Part shown: one piece after another, positions 63,426 through 64,000 of the stretch
How the letters are laid out: each line of letters begins with the position of its first letter
Numbering within the stretch: the stretch's first letter is position 1
DNA from: Candidatus Dormiibacterota bacterium
GTDB taxonomy: Bacteria; Chloroflexota; Dormibacteria; Aeolococcales; Bog-877
Reading direction: 5' to 3'
Assembly (NCBI GenBank): GCA_027306655.1
Contig: DAHUZL010000135.1
Location: forward strand, 6,677 to 70,676
Length of the DNA: 64,000 bases
Notes under the pieces: model-generated
Database searches by the model: none
Seen by the model: only the letters and a program-made list of their open reading frames with translations
Told to the model about the DNA's origin: nothing
Program-made: the position numbers and the translations under genes

Positions 63426-64000
63426 ATGACCGACCAGCCCGCGTCGACCCAGGACCTGCCCGAGGATGCGCTCCGCCGTCTCCGCGAGATGCGGGGAGGC
63501 GACGGTCGGGCGTCGCTGTTCACCAGCGACCTCTCCGTCAACGAGTTCCTGCTCGTCAAGGAGGCGGGCTACGACCCGGTCGGGCTGGTGGTGGGGAGCT
63601 CGATCTACCACATCGGGGTCCAGATCGCCAACTTCAAGCAGAACCAGGAGCTCCAGGTGCTGAGCCAGGCGATGTACCAGGCCCGGGAGCTGGCGATGAC
63701 CCGGATGGAGGAGGAGGCGGGGGCGCTCGGCGCCGACGGGGTGGTGGGGGTGCGCCTGGTGATCAACCGCTACGAGTGGGGCGAGCACCTCGCCGAGTTC
63801 ATGGCCATCGGCACCGCCGTCAAGGGCCGCGGGCAGCCGTTCCGCACCACCCAGGGCAAGCCGTTCACGTCCGACCTCTCCGGCCAGGACTTCTGGACGC
63901 TGCTCCAGGCCGGCTACTTCCCCCTCGGGCTGGTGATGGGGAGCTGCGTCTACCACGTGGCCCACCAGGGCATCGGCCAGTTCCTGCGCCAGGTCGGTCA
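63426..64000 (+). CDS. Second YbjQ/UPF0145-family paralog, 3'-truncated at the window end
   Basis: Own translation: 'MTDQPASTQ...FTSDLSVNEFLLVKEAGYDPVGLVVGSSIYHI...FTSDLSGQDFWTLLQAGYFPLGLVMGSCVYHV'. It is absent from the ORF track because there is no stop within the window. Confidence 0.6.
   Translation, partial: MTDQPASTQDLPEDALRRLREMRGGDGRASLFTSDLSVNEFLLVKEAGYDPVGLVVGSSIYHIGVQIANFKQNQELQVLSQAMYQARELAMTRMEEEAGALGADGVVGVRLVINRYEWGEHLAEFMAIGTAVKGRGQPFRTTQGKPFTSDLSGQDFWTLLQAGYFPLGLVMGSCVYHVAHQGIGQFLRQVG

Noticed and set aside
63466-63663. 65-aa ORF from the track
   Set aside because: Lies in an alternate frame inside the second YbjQ paralog (63426-64000).
1-64000. Search for tRNA, rRNA, CRISPR arrays, integrase/transposase genes
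   Set aside because: No cloverleaf-like conserved tRNA boxes, no rRNA-like stretches, no regularly spaced direct repeats and no recombinase motifs were seen. The island therefore lacks an identifiable mobilisation gene in this window.

Overview
High-GC (~73-75%) actinobacterial-type chromosomal window with about 56 supportable CDS and no rRNA, tRNA or CRISPR seen. It reads from a partial peptidase G1 (eqolisin) gene at the left edge to a truncated YbjQ-family paralog at the right edge. Six points stand out. (1) A six-gene minus-strand operon encodes a membrane-bound, energy-converting-hydrogenase-related ('Ehr-like', complex-I-like) module (NuoH-, HyfE-, NuoN-, NuoCD-, Fd+NuoB-, NuoL-like). 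Its NuoCD/HycE-like 'large subunit' has lost both [NiFe]-ligating CxxC motifs. Directly downstream on the same strand, with stop/start nearly abutting, are two paralogous Cys/Trp-rich proteins built from repeated 'CxxC ... WGxCRRHxW' metal-binding-like modules and a dynamin-family GTPase whose G3 motif looks degenerate. This three-gene tail (3815-7637) appears to extend the operon and is the best candidate for an undescribed accessory, assembly or regulatory system. (2) An ~11.2 kb lower-GC island (~55-63% GC, 29.5-40.7 kb) is bounded by a 13/14 direct repeat whose right copy lies in the first codons of glgP. The island carries two paralogous orphan family-5 SBP lipoproteins, an M28 peptidase, a PucR-type regulator, and an operon of ureohydrolase, DMFase-like small and large subunits and RidA. 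(3) A vapBC TA pair with a GTGA overlap. (4) A molybdate/sulfate-type ABC importer with an unusual leader (17-bp direct repeats plus a translationally coupled 18-codon Cys/His uORF). (5) A 12-bp perfect inverted repeat spanning the divergent htrA/apbE region. (6) Ordinary housekeeping genes: clpS-DUF2017, glgP, GGT, aldehyde dehydrogenases, a GT2 glycosyltransferase plus UDP-glucose dehydrogenase, HtrA, ApbE, MscS, and MFS and APC transporters. Many long ORFs in the six-frame track are GC-driven shadow frames and are rejected. All calls rest on motif recognition by eye. No database search was run.
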